A stretch of 64,000 nucleotides of DNA, from NCBI GenBank assembly GCA_038234075.1, contig JBBSUV010000015.1:470-64469 (forward strand), in the 5' to 3' direction. The notes under the pieces were generated by a model. The model was not told the DNA's origin. It did no database searches and worked only from the letters and a program-made list of their open reading frames with translations. Both the position numbers and the translations under genes were made by a program. Numbering within the stretch: position 1 is the stretch's first letter; each line of letters begins with the position of its first letter. Source of the DNA: Flavobacteriales bacterium. GTDB taxonomy: Bacteria; Bacteroidota; Bacteroidia; Flavobacteriales_F; PHOS-HE28. Shown here in pieces: positions 46,767-56,791 of the stretch.

Positions 46767-49700
46767 ATGTTGAAACAGCCGCGTCTGTTCCCCGCCATCC
46801 TTATTCCTATTCTCCTGCTTTTTCTGGCCAGTGGTTGCCAGCGTGAGACGCTCCCGATACGGCCGGATGCGGCTTTCGCTCCGTACGTCTCCGCGTTCAC
46901 CGCCGGACATATCTCGGCGCGGGCACCGGTGCGCGTGCGCATTGCGGAAGGGGTTTCATTGAAGGACACCACCGAGAATGCCCTGCAAGAGCTCTTCTCC
47001 CTGAGCCCAAGCGTGGAAGGAGTGGTGAGCTGGCAGGATGCGCATACGCTCGCCTTCCAACCGCGCGAACGCTTGAAGCAGAACACGGACTACACCGTCA
47101 CCTTTCATCTGGGCCGCTTGGCCGAGGTGCCGAAGGATCTGCAGGAACTCAAATTCACCTTCAGCACATTCGAACAGGGGATCGACCTCCGGGTAAGCGA
47201 CCTGCAATCCCTCTCCCCTTCCGACCTCAAATGGCAGCGCGTGATCGTGGGCGTGTTCACCAGTGATGATGCCACCGGACAGGACCTCGAAGGCAGCGTG
47301 AGCGCCACACAGGACGGCAGGAAATTGAAGATGACCTGGGAACATGAACCCGGAGGCACCTTGCATCGCGCCGTTGCGGACAGTGTGCTGCGCGGCGAGA
47401 AGGCCAGCAGTGTGGTCTTCGCTTGGGATGCAGGGAAGCTCGGCGGAAAGGGCGATGACAAACTCACCTTCACCGTACCGGCGATCGGCGACCTGCAGCT
47501 GATCTCCAGCGAGACCTTCACCGAAGGCGAGCAATACGCCACCCTGCTCTTCAGTGATCCGTTGGACGCCACGCAGGACCTGAGCGGGCTCGCGGGCATT
47601 GCGGGTGCGGACAATGTGCGTTTGACCGTTACAGGCAACAAGCTGATGCTCTATCCGCAGGACCGCCTCACGGGTGATCAGACTGCCTTCGTGGCAGCGG
47701 GGTTGAAGAACGTGAACGGGCGGGCCATCGGGAAAGATCTCACCGTGGATCTTACTTTCCAAGAGGTGAAGCCCAATGTGCGCACCGTGGGAAAAGGCAC
47801 GATACTCCCGAGCACGGACGGCCTCCTATTCCCTTTCGAGGCAGTGAACCTGAACGCCGTGGACGTGCGCGTGGTAAGGATCTTTGCCGACAACGTGCCG
47901 CAATTCCTGCAAGTGAACCAACTCGGTGGGGAACAGGAACTGGCGCGGGTGGGCCGCTTGGTACTGAAGAAGACCGTGGTTCTGGATGCTAAGGCAAAAG
48001 CGCGTGCAGGTGAATGGCAGCGCTACTACCTGGACCTTGACAAATTGATCAAGGCGGAACCCGGTGCGATCTACCGGATAAGTCTCGGCTACCGGCAGGC
48101 CTATTCCACTTATCCATGCGGTGGTGTGCCAGCGGTGCAGCCGCTCACGGCGCAGGAGCCGGACGAGTTGGAGGATGACCAATGGGATTCGCCACGCAAC
48201 TATTACTACTACGATGATGACTACGGCTACGACGACGAGGAGTACAACTACAAGGAGCGCGAAGACCCGTGTACCGCGAGCTACTTCCGCAACAAGGGCA
48301 GCGTGGTGCAGCGCAACATCCTCGCCTCGGACCTCGGTATCATTGCGAAGCGTGGCAACGACGGCTCCTTGCTGATCGCCGTGAGCGACTTGCGCACCAC
48401 CGACCCGGTGCGCGGCGTGGAGGTGAAAGTGCTGGACCTGCAACGCCGTACCATGGCCACTGAAAAGACGGACGCGGATGGCATGATCAAACTCCCGGCC
48501 ACAGCGCACAAGCCTTTCCTGTTGGTAGCGTCGAAGGACAAGCAACGCGGGTACTTGAAACTCGATGACGGCAGCGCATTGAGCGTGAGTGACTTTGACG
48601 TGGGCGGCGAAAGCGTCGACAAGGGCTTGAAGGGATTCCTCTATGGCGAGCGCGGTGTATGGCGGCCGGGCGACACGCTCTTCCTCTCCTTCATCCTACA
48701 ACAGTCCGTGCAGAAGCTGCCGAAGGACATGCCGGTAACGCTGGAGCTCACCGATCCGCAAGGCCGCCTCGATCAGTGCATCGTGCGCACCAGCAGCGTG
48801 GAAGGCACCTATGCTTTCCGCTGCACCACCTCGCCGGATGCGCCGACCGGCGTATGGGGCGCGCGCGTCACCGTGGGTGGCACCTCGTTCTACAAACCGA
48901 TCCGCATCGAAACGGTGAAGCCGAACCGACTGAAGATCCTGCTGGACCTTGGCGGAGAGCGGCTGACCGCGACGGACAACAAACCCGTGCAGCTCCAGAG
49001 CAACTGGTTGCACGGCTCGCCCGCCAAGGACCTCACTGCGCGCGTCACTGTCAGCCTCACACGCTCCAACGCGAGCTTCAAGGGCTTTGAGAAGTACGAT
49101 TTCAATGACCTGAACAGCGACCTCAACACGGAAGAGACGCCGATCTATGAAGGCCAACTGGATGCCAACGGCCATGCCTCCTTTCCTTTCGATCTGAAGA
49201 TGAACGGCCGTGCGCCCGCAGCGGTGAAGGCCAACATTGTCACGCGCGTGTTCGAAGCCGGTGGCGACGCCAGTATCGACCGCACCGACGTGCAGTACTA
49301 CCCCTACACATCCTACGCAGGGCTGCGCATCCCGGAAGGCAACACCTATTGGGGAAGCTACTACACCGATACCACCTACTCGATCGGCGCGGTCGCGGTG
49401 GATGCGGACGGAAAGCCTCTGGCGCACCACGCCCTGAAAGCACAGGTGGTGAAGCTCGGTTCCAACTGGTGGTGGAGCGGCGACATGGACGACCCCTCCA
49501 ACTACATGACCGCACCCAGCACGCGCGTGATCAGCGAGCAGGAACTCACCACCGACGGCAGCGGCAAGGCCAGCTTCAACTTCCGGATCGACCGTCCGCT
49601 TTGGGGCCGCTTCGTCATCCGCCTCACCGATCCCGAGAGCGGACAGACCTCCGCCGCACAGCTTTACATGGACTGGCCGGGTTACGGTGGCCGCAGCCAG

Positions 49701-52376
49701 CGTGAGGACGGCAAGGCCGCCGCCATGCTCCGCTTCAACAGCGACAAGGAGAAATACGCCGTGGGCGACCGCTGCGAACTGACGATACCCAGCTCCGGCC
49801 AGGGCCGCGCGCTGGTGAGCTTGGAGACCGGCACGCGCATAATCGAGGCGAAGTGGATCGACCTGAAGGAGAAGGAGACGAAGTACAGCTTCGCCATCAC
49901 CGATGCCATGGCGCCGAACATCTACGCGCACGTCACCCTGATCCAGCCGCACGCCATGACGGCCCCGAAGGACAGCACCGCAAGCCAAGGCAACGACCTG
50001 CCGATCCGCCTCTACGGGGTGATCCCGATCCTCGTGGAGAATGCCGCCACGCACCTCACGCCGGTGATCGGCTCCGCCAAGGAATTCAAGACCGATGCGC
50101 CCTTCACGGTGGAGGTGACCGAGAAGGACGGCATGGCCATGACCTATACCCTCGCCATCGTGGATGAGGGATTGCTGGACCTCACCCGCTTCAAAACCCC
50201 TGATCCGTGGAAGAGCTTTTATGCGCGTGAAGCCTTGGGCGTGCGCACCTGGGACCTGTACGATGATGTGATCGGCGCCTTCGGGCAACGCTTGCGGCGC
50301 ATCCTCGCGCTCGGTGGCAGCGACCAGGCCAACCCCGCGGAAGCCGCGAAGGCACAGCGTTTTAAGCCCGTGGTGCGCTATGTTGGACCTTACACCCTAG
50401 CCAAGGGAAAGAAAGCCTCGCACACCTTTACCATCAGCAACTATGTGGGCAGCGTGCGCATCATGGTTGTTGCGAGCACTCCGGCAGGCGCATATGGCAA
50501 TGCCGAAAAAGCCGTGCCGGTGAAGAAGCCGCTGATGCTGCTCGCCACCCTTCCACGCGTGGTCGGGCCGGGCGAAACGGTGGACCTGCCGGTGACGGTT
50601 TTCGCGATGGATGCCAAGGTGAAGAACGTCACGCTGAGCCTTGTGGCGAACGATCTCTTCAGCATCGAAGGTGGGGCTTCACAGCAGCTCTCATTCCCAA
50701 AGACCGGCGAGCAGGTCGTGATGTTCCGCATGAAGATGAAGGACCGCATCGGCGTAGGTAAAGTGACGCTGACGGCGGAAGGCTCCGGGGAGAAGAGCAC
50801 GCAGACGATCGAGATCGATGTGCGACAGGCGGGGCAGCCGGAAACGGATGCGTTGGAAGCCATCATAGAGCCGGGAACAACTTGGGATGCCAGCCCTGAA
50901 GCACTCGGCATTGCGGGCACCAACAGCGCCTATCTCGAACTGAGCACCATGCCGCCCGTGGACCTTGGCCGCCGCTTGCAGTACCTGATCGACTATCCTC
51001 ACGGCTGCTTGGAACAGACCACCAGCAAGGCCTTCCCGCAGCTCTACATCGCCGATGTGATGGAGACGAGCGATGCCACCGTGGACGAATTGCGCCGCAA
51101 CGTGCAGGCCGGCCTCGGCAAGCTGAAGCAGTTCCAGACATCGGGCGGCGGCTTCGGCTACTGGCCCGGGGATCGCGAACCGAATGATTGGACCTCCACC
51201 TACGCGGGTCACTTCATGATCGAGGCGGAGCGCAAAGGCTTCACCCCCCCGCCCGGCGTGAAGGGCGCATGGCTGGCATTCGCCCGAAAGCAGGCCCGCG
51301 ACTGGGCGCCGAACGAGCATGATGGATGGAGCAAGAAGAGCAGCCAGCTCGCGCAGGCTTATCGCCTTTATGTCCTCGCCCTCGGGAACAGTGCCGAAGC
51401 CGGTGCCATGAACCGCCTGCGCACCACGCCCGCCTTGGACGGTCAGGCGCGCTGGATGCTGGCGGCAGCGTACGCTTTGAACAACCGCAAGAACGTGGCG
51501 AAGGAGATCGTGAAGGACCTTACCACCAACGTTTCGCCGTACCGTGAAATGGGCTGGACCTACGGCAGCGACCTGCGCGACGAGGCCGTGATCGCCGAAG
51601 CACTCATGCGCATGGACGACAAGCCCGGTGCCGCGGCCATGGTCCGACAGATCGCCCAACAGCTCAGTGGTGGCGGCTGGTACAGCACCCAGAGCACCGC
51701 TTGGGGCATGATGGTCGTGAGCCGTTTCACCGCTGACCATGCGCTGGACAAAACGATGCACTTCACCTCCACCGTTTCCGGGAAAGCGGACAACCGTGTG
51801 AGTGCGAAACCGATCGTCCGCTTGGACCTGCCCGTGCCCGACGGCAAAAAGCGGGTGACCATCGCCAACACAGGAAAAAACCTGATGTACCTGCGCTTGG
51901 TGCGGACAGGCACGCCCGTGGCCGGCGAAGAGACACCGGCCAGCAACGGCTTGGCCATGCAGGTGCGGTATACCACGATGGACGGTCATCTCATCAACCC
52001 GGCCAGTTTGGACCAAGGCACCGACTTCCAAGCCGAGGTGACCGTACAGAACCCCGGCACGCGTGGCACCTACCAAGAGCTTGCGCTGACACAGGTGTTC
52101 CCCAGCGGTTGGGAGATCCGCAACAGCCGTTTGGAAGGAACGGAAACCGCCCAAGCGAACAGCAGCTTCAACTACCAGGACATCCGCGATGACCGCGTGA
52201 TGACCTACTTCAACCTCAGTGCGGGACAGAGCGTTACTTACCACGTCTTCCTCAACGCAGCCTACACCGGTCGCTTCCACCTGCCCAGCACAACCTGCTC
52301 GGCGATGTACGACAACACGGTGAACGCGCGGAACGGCGGACAATGGGTGACGGTGGTGAAGCCGGGAAGAGAGTGA
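46767..52376 (+). CDS. Bacterial alpha-2-macroglobulin lipoprotein
   Basis: Lipobox LASGC, ERGVWRPGD (MG2), thioester YPHGCLEQTTS, PSGWEI, IRDDRV, AMYD C-terminus. Confidence 0.93.
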   Translation: MLKQPRLFPAILIPILLLFLASGCQRETLPIRPDAAFAPYVSAFTAGHISARAPVRVRIAEGVSLKDTTENALQELFSLSPSVEGVVSWQDAHTLAFQPRERLKQNTDYTVTFHLGRLAEVPKDLQELKFTFSTFEQGIDLRVSDLQSLSPSDLKWQRVIVGVFTSDDATGQDLEGSVSATQDGRKLKMTWEHEPGGTLHRAVADSVLRGEKASSVVFAWDAGKLGGKGDDKLTFTVPAIGDLQLISSETFTEGEQYATLLFSDPLDATQDLSGLAGIAGADNVRLTVTGNKLMLYPQDRLTGDQTAFVAAGLKNVNGRAIGKDLTVDLTFQEVKPNVRTVGKGTILPSTDGLLFPFEAVNLNAVDVRVVRIFADNVPQFLQVNQLGGEQELARVGRLVLKKTVVLDAKAKARAGEWQRYYLDLDKLIKAEPGAIYRISLGYRQAYSTYPCGGVPAVQPLTAQEPDELEDDQWDSPRNYYYYDDDYGYDDEEYNYKEREDPCTASYFRNKGSVVQRNILASDLGIIAKRGNDGSLLIAVSDLRTTDPVRGVEVKVLDLQRRTMATEKTDADGMIKLPATAHKPFLLVASKDKQRGYLKLDDGSALSVSDFDVGGESVDKGLKGFLYGERGVWRPGDTLFLSFILQQSVQKLPKDMPVTLELTDPQGRLDQCIVRTSSVEGTYAFRCTTSPDAPTGVWGARVTVGGTSFYKPIRIETVKPNRLKILLDLGGERLTATDNKPVQLQSNWLHGSPAKDLTARVTVSLTRSNASFKGFEKYDFNDLNSDLNTEETPIYEGQLDANGHASFPFDLKMNGRAPAAVKANIVTRVFEAGGDASIDRTDVQYYPYTSYAGLRIPEGNTYWGSYYTDTTYSIGAVAVDADGKPLAHHALKAQVVKLGSNWWWSGDMDDPSNYMTAPSTRVISEQELTTDGSGKASFNFRIDRPLWGRFVIRLTDPESGQTSAAQLYMDWPGYGGRSQREDGKAAAMLRFNSDKEKYAVGDRCELTIPSSGQGRALVSLETGTRIIEAKWIDLKEKETKYSFAITDAMAPNIYAHVTLIQPHAMTAPKDSTASQGNDLPIRLYGVIPILVENAATHLTPVIGSAKEFKTDAPFTVEVTEKDGMAMTYTLAIVDEGLLDLTRFKTPDPWKSFYAREALGVRTWDLYDDVIGAFGQRLRRILALGGSDQANPAEAAKAQRFKPVVRYVGPYTLAKGKKASHTFTISNYVGSVRIMVVASTPAGAYGNAEKAVPVKKPLMLLATLPRVVGPGETVDLPVTVFAMDAKVKNVTLSLVANDLFSIEGGASQQLSFPKTGEQVVMFRMKMKDRIGVGKVTLTAEGSGEKSTQTIEIDVRQAGQPETDALEAIIEPGTTWDASPEALGIAGTNSAYLELSTMPPVDLGRRLQYLIDYPHGCLEQTTSKAFPQLYIADVMETSDATVDELRRNVQAGLGKLKQFQTSGGGFGYWPGDREPNDWTSTYAGHFMIEAERKGFTPPPGVKGAWLAFARKQARDWAPNEHDGWSKKSSQLAQAYRLYVLALGNSAEAGAMNRLRTTPALDGQARWMLAAAYALNNRKNVAKEIVKDLTTNVSPYREMGWTYGSDLRDEAVIAEALMRMDDKPGAAAMVRQIAQQLSGGGWYSTQSTAWGMMVVSRFTADHALDKTMHFTSTVSGKADNRVSAKPIVRLDLPVPDGKKRVTIANTGKNLMYLRLVRTGTPVAGEETPASNGLAMQVRYTTMDGHLINPASLDQGTDFQAEVTVQNPGTRGTYQELALTQVFPSGWEIRNSRLEGTETAQANSSFNYQDIRDDRVMTYFNLSAGQSVTYHVFLNAAYTGRFHLPSTTCSAMYDNTVNARNGGQWVTVVKPGRE

Positions 52377-52391
52377 GCCAGAGGTGATGTT

Positions 52392-52460
52392 GATCAGACG
52401 ATCAGATGATCAGAAGATCAGACGATCAGATGATCAGATGATCAGATGATGGAATGCCTT
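52392..52460 (+). repeat. (GATCAGAN)x7 followed by GATGGAATGCCTT
   Basis: Direct reading, 15 nt after the alpha-2-macroglobulin stop. Confidence 0.9.
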
Positions 52461-52517
52461 TTCCCGTCCCCGCCGGGCTCTTTCGTTCCGAGTTGGAGGA
52501 TGTGGTGCATGCACTGA

Positions 52518-52787
52518 AACCCCGAGTCCCCTGCCTTCAACTTACAGCGGGTTCAGCGCTTCGCGATCGGCGAGGTGGACGCGCGCTTGCAAGTGGAACA
52601 AGGCCGTGTGAAGAACGCGAAGTTCTACGGCGACTTCTTCAGCAGCCGCGATATCACCGACCTCGAAAAAGCCCTGACGGGCATCCGTTACCACCAAGAT
52701 GACATTCTTGCTGCCGCCTGCTCGGTGCATGCCGAGGAGATCTTCGACGGCGTGGGCATCGATGAACTGGTGAAGCTGTTGTACTGA
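52518..52787 (+). pseudogene. C-terminal fragment of lipoate-protein ligase A
   Basis: SPAFNLQRVQRFAIGEVDARLQVEQGRVKNAKFYGDFFS...ITDLEKALTGIRY...VKLLY resembles the LplA C-terminal domain; in-frame TGA at 52515 and no catalytic N-terminal domain. Confidence 0.75.
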
Positions 52788-52990
52788 TGAGGTCATCCTG
52801 CCCTGACGCGAACGAAGAATGATCAACGGCGAGCACCGACGCGATCTTTTGGACAGGATTTCAGGATCAACAGGATCGTAGCGCGCTTTGCGCTGGGTTG
52901 GTCTGTCGGAAGTCGCGGCATAAACAAGTTACAAGGGTGCAGCCCTTTTGTGCTAAGTCTGACCGTTCACTTCCCTCCTACCTTCGCGGA

Positions 52991-54136
52991 ATGCCTGCAC
53001 GCAACTCCTTGTTCGGGATCCCATTTCTGCTCTCAGTCTCACTACACGCGCAGAGTTTCCAGCTGGAATTCGGGGGCAGCAACCTGCAGGACGCCGTGGC
53101 CACGGTGAGTGACGCCACGGGTCATACCACTCTCGTTCGAGAGACCTTCCCGCAAGGTGACAAGGTGCGGATCCGCGTGCTGCGCACCACCCTGCAAGGG
53201 CAGAACCAACAGTGGTACGACGTGGCTATCCCCGGAGCTTGCTTTGTCCAGGCCGCCGTGGCATCCGGTGACGGAAACATCACGCTTTGCGGCTCGCGTA
53301 TCGCTCCGGGCCGCTCGGATCAGGATGCACTGATCGCGAAGATCTCGCCCACGGGCACCGTGCTGTGGAGTTGGACCTCCAACACACCAAGTCTGCAGGA
53401 GCAACTGCTCGACGTGCGGCGCACCGACAACGGCGGGTACATCGCCTGCGGCTCACGGCGTGACACCTCGGACAGCGATGCCCTCCTCGTCCGGCTCGAT
53501 GCGTCGGGCAACTTGCAGTGGCAACAACGCTACGGCACCAATGCGGAGGAGACGGCTAACAGCGTGGCCTTCGACGGGAACGGATACATGGCGGTGGGGC
53601 GCATCACCGGTTTTGACAACAACGTGGACGCCTATGTCCTGCGCGCGGATAATGCGGGCGTTGAGCAGTGGTGGCAGAGCTGGGGCGGCTTGAAACAGGA
53701 CCTGTTCAAGGGTATCGGGCGCAGTGGGAACAACTTCGTGATGGCCGGATACACGGACAGCTACGGACCACAGGTGGGCACCCTGCATGTGCGCAGTGTC
53801 TACCTCATCGACATGAACGCCGACGGGGATACCCTTTGGACCCGCACTTTGGGCGACATCGGGCAGGCCAGTGCCGCCGAGGACATCCAAGTGGCCAGCA
53901 ACGGCGAGTTCTTCCTAGCCGGTCAGGCTGGGAACAACCACCTGACGGAATGCATGGCGATGCGCATTTCCGCAACCGGGAACCAGATCTGGAAGCGGAC
54001 CTACGACTTAGAGAACGAGGACGTGCTGCACCGCCTCACGGTTTTACCGGACGGCGGCTTTATTGCGGCCGGGCGTGCTTTCGGGCCGAACGGCATACAG
54101 GCGGTGTTGGTGAGGAAGGACGCTTCCGGGAATTGA
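52991..54136 (+). CDS. Secreted beta-propeller-like repeat protein
   Basis: Signal peptide; repeats DALLVRLDASGNLQWQQRYG, DAYVLRADNAGVEQWWQSWGG, DGDTLWTRTLG; ATG at 52991. Confidence 0.8.
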   Translation: MPARNSLFGIPFLLSVSLHAQSFQLEFGGSNLQDAVATVSDATGHTTLVRETFPQGDKVRIRVLRTTLQGQNQQWYDVAIPGACFVQAAVASGDGNITLCGSRIAPGRSDQDALIAKISPTGTVLWSWTSNTPSLQEQLLDVRRTDNGGYIACGSRRDTSDSDALLVRLDASGNLQWQQRYGTNAEETANSVAFDGNGYMAVGRITGFDNNVDAYVLRADNAGVEQWWQSWGGLKQDLFKGIGRSGNNFVMAGYTDSYGPQVGTLHVRSVYLIDMNADGDTLWTRTLGDIGQASAAEDIQVASNGEFFLAGQAGNNHLTECMAMRISATGNQIWKRTYDLENEDVLHRLTVLPDGGFIAAGRAFGPNGIQAVLVRKDASGN

Positions 54137-54144
54137 GTTGGGTG

Positions 54145-54199
54145 AAAACAACAACCCCGCCCGGTGCATATCCGAACGGGGTTCTCGTTTTCGTTTTTT
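54145..54199. terminator. Bidirectional terminator
   Basis: AAAAC..AACCCCG...CGGGGTT..GTTTT..TTTTT between convergent genes. Confidence 0.65.
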
Positions 54200-54211
54200 A
54201 CGGGTCCGCGT

Positions 54212-56779
54212 TCACTTCACCTTCACCGCGCGCTTTACCACCACCGCACCATCCAGCATGAAGGTGCAGAAGTAGGTACCTGCTGCCAGCTTGGTGGTGT
54301 TCCAACTGTAGTTGTACGCGCCCGCCTCGGCCAATTCCTCACGCAGGGTGGCCAAGGGCTTACCATCGCTGCTGCTTACCTGCAAGCTCACCTTGCCCGC
54401 CTTAGGCACGTAGTATTCCAGCGTTGTAAGGTCTGCCACCGGATTGGGGATGATCAACAGGCGCTGCTCTTGGAGGTCGTTCTCTTGCGGTGCCATCTTT
54501 TGCTCCATGTTGCCGTGCGGTGCCATGCCGCCTTGTGCCGCGCAGCAGTTGTTGATCTGGTCCTGCATTTGGGCGATGGTGGCTTGTTGTTGATCAAGTA
54601 TTGATTGTTGCTGGTCGATCATGGCTTGCTGCTGCTGGACCGCACCCACCAGATACGGGGTCAATCCCGCGTAGTTCACCGCTTTGTAGTTCACCGCTGG
54701 GGTAATCTCCACACCTAGTGAATCCGTAACTGCGGAAATACGCGACTGGCTTACCAAGGAAGGCAGCACTTGCTCTACTTCCTGAGCAATAAACCCGCCA
54801 TGCTCACCACCCGGAAAATTCATCTGTGGAAACTCATCCACGAGGTAGTTGTAGCGGTCCGGGTGCAACTGCATGAGCACTGCCAAAGGATCTTCCAGCG
54901 GCTCAACGTTGGTCTTGAACTGGGCGTCGCTGGCAACGAAGGAACCACCCACATAGTAGCCAGTCCCAATCACATTCACGTTACCGATAAAATATCCTGC
55001 CCAATTAGTTGCCCCTCCCACCGCGGTGGCCCAGACACCATTATTGGTGGAGGTACTGTTGCCCACGGCTTGGGCGTGGACCCCATAATTTATGCTGCCA
55101 TTGGAACCTGCGGCGTAGACCCCGTAGCTCGTTCCAGTTCCAATTGCCGTTGTATTGGCCAAGGCTTTGACCGCGAAATTCGCAGTGGTAGCGTTATTCG
55201 CTTGGGCATCCACACCGTAGGCATTTGTAGTGGAGGAGTTCGCCGTGCCCGTGCTATAGGTGCCCTTCGCCGTGACTCCACCGATTGCCTCGTTATGTGA
55301 TCCTATATTTAGCGTTATGGCTCCCGCGGTCGCGCTCGCCGAGAAATAGCCCGCCTTATTTGTACCCAAGGTTCCACTACCCAAAACCTCCGCACGCCCT
55401 TGGACAGCTATGTTAAGGGTCGAGGTCACCGCAGTGATAAAGGCATTTGAAACCAAACCATAGTTACTTGCACCGTTATCGGCTTCCGTCAAAGTGCCAT
55501 ATTGGATTCCTCCAACGCCTCCGGATTCCGGCTCTACTGAGACTTGCATGCCGGTATTTGTTCCCGTGCTCAAGCCGTAGAGGTTGACAGAAAGACCCAC
55601 TGGTGGCCCGCCTTGGGTGACCGTCCTTGACGTTACGCCCAGCTTACCAATGGGAGTGGCGGAACCTATGCCTACCCTCCGGTTGCCTTGCGGGCAAGCC
55701 AATCCCCCATTGTACGCAGTGAGCACGTTGCTATCGGTTCCTGGCCCTCCGGCGAGCCACCATGCACAGTCCGTGCCCGTACCCGGCGGCACATTTCGCC
55801 ATTTCACCACGCCAAAGTCCGGGCCGGGCGTATCGTCCACCACCAGGAACTTAAGGAGTCCATTAGGAGCAACAGGATCCGTAGGCAACTGCCGTATACG
55901 TGCTCTCCCGTTCAGCATGTCGAAGCGTTCACTGGGAACTGCCCCGGCCGTGAACCAATCGCCAAGACCGAAGTAGGTCTCATTCCCAGTCCCTACAGCA
56001 GTGAAGCGGGCAGCCTCCAAGCCTGAGGCCAAACCAGCGACCCCGGTTCCAGCACCGGGATGCGAGACGAAGATGAACTTCAGCGCATCGGGTCCAACCT
56101 CGGACATGTTGTTGTCACTCCATGCCACCACAGTGGCATTCATGCCACTACCCTCGTCCTTCATGCCAAAATAACTTTGGTCGCTGCCGTGGGTTACCAT
56201 CATGCCTTGGCGCATCCACGGTCGGTAGCCGCTATCCACCGCGCCGTGGTCATCCAAATGCAACATGCAAAAGGGGCGATCCACTGAATAAGGTAAACCG
56301 GGAGTGAAGCTGCCGATGCCCAGAAAGCCGCTCAGGTCTAGACCTGGATAACCATTTACGGTTTGGGCCAAAAGTGTTGGGGAGAGCCGCATACGGTCGG
56401 TGGTGTTCGTATTGAAACGGAGGTAACCCTGCGTCGCATTGATATTGAAATCCGCAGTTTGATCCAAGTGGAAGAGGTTCCCGTATTCCCGTGCTATGTG
56501 GAACATCCGCCAGTAGGTGTCCATATGGCCGGGTGCGTCCGTCTTGAACACGTCGCCTAATTGGGGGGTCATCTGTTCGCCATGCACGTCCAAGGCATAG
56601 CCGGACGTAGCAGCGTTACCCACCGCGAAGGTGGATGGGGGAGCGGGAGAGTATCCATTCGGTCTCAGATAGGTTCGACCAATGGCATCCGTTATCGTAT
56701 GGTCATCATCCTGCGCGGTAGCGACCATGGCCGAGGCCAGGACAATCGCGATCAAACATATCCGTCCTTTGTTCTTCAT
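54212..56779 (-). CDS. Fibre/adhesin-like protein with peptidase S74-type chaperone domain and T9SS C-terminal sorting domain
   Basis: Signal peptide; G/A/T/N-rich GV.A.A repeats ending WAGYFIGNV; SDAQFKTNV...GFIAQEVEQVLP...VNYAGLTPYLVGAVQQQQ; CTD IIPNPV...LAAGTYFC...KRAVKVK. Confidence 0.82.
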   Translation of the reverse strand: MKNKGRICLIAIVLASAMVATAQDDDHTITDAIGRTYLRPNGYSPAPPSTFAVGNAATSGYALDVHGEQMTPQLGDVFKTDAPGHMDTYWRMFHIAREYGNLFHLDQTADFNINATQGYLRFNTNTTDRMRLSPTLLAQTVNGYPGLDLSGFLGIGSFTPGLPYSVDRPFCMLHLDDHGAVDSGYRPWMRQGMMVTHGSDQSYFGMKDEGSGMNATVVAWSDNNMSEVGPDALKFIFVSHPGAGTGVAGLASGLEAARFTAVGTGNETYFGLGDWFTAGAVPSERFDMLNGRARIRQLPTDPVAPNGLLKFLVVDDTPGPDFGVVKWRNVPPGTGTDCAWWLAGGPGTDSNVLTAYNGGLACPQGNRRVGIGSATPIGKLGVTSRTVTQGGPPVGLSVNLYGLSTGTNTGMQVSVEPESGGVGGIQYGTLTEADNGASNYGLVSNAFITAVTSTLNIAVQGRAEVLGSGTLGTNKAGYFSASATAGAITLNIGSHNEAIGGVTAKGTYSTGTANSSTTNAYGVDAQANNATTANFAVKALANTTAIGTGTSYGVYAAGSNGSINYGVHAQAVGNSTSTNNGVWATAVGGATNWAGYFIGNVNVIGTGYYVGGSFVASDAQFKTNVEPLEDPLAVLMQLHPDRYNYLVDEFPQMNFPGGEHGGFIAQEVEQVLPSLVSQSRISAVTDSLGVEITPAVNYKAVNYAGLTPYLVGAVQQQQAMIDQQQSILDQQQATIAQMQDQINNCCAAQGGMAPHGNMEQKMAPQENDLQEQRLLIIPNPVADLTTLEYYVPKAGKVSLQVSSSDGKPLATLREELAEAGAYNYSWNTTKLAAGTYFCTFMLDGAVVVKRAVKVK

Positions 56780-56791
56780 GGCGTTGGAGGT

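Noticed and set aside
54212-56779. Prophage tail gene
   Set aside because: It has a signal peptide and T9SS CTD; no integrase, capsid, terminase or other phage genes are nearby.
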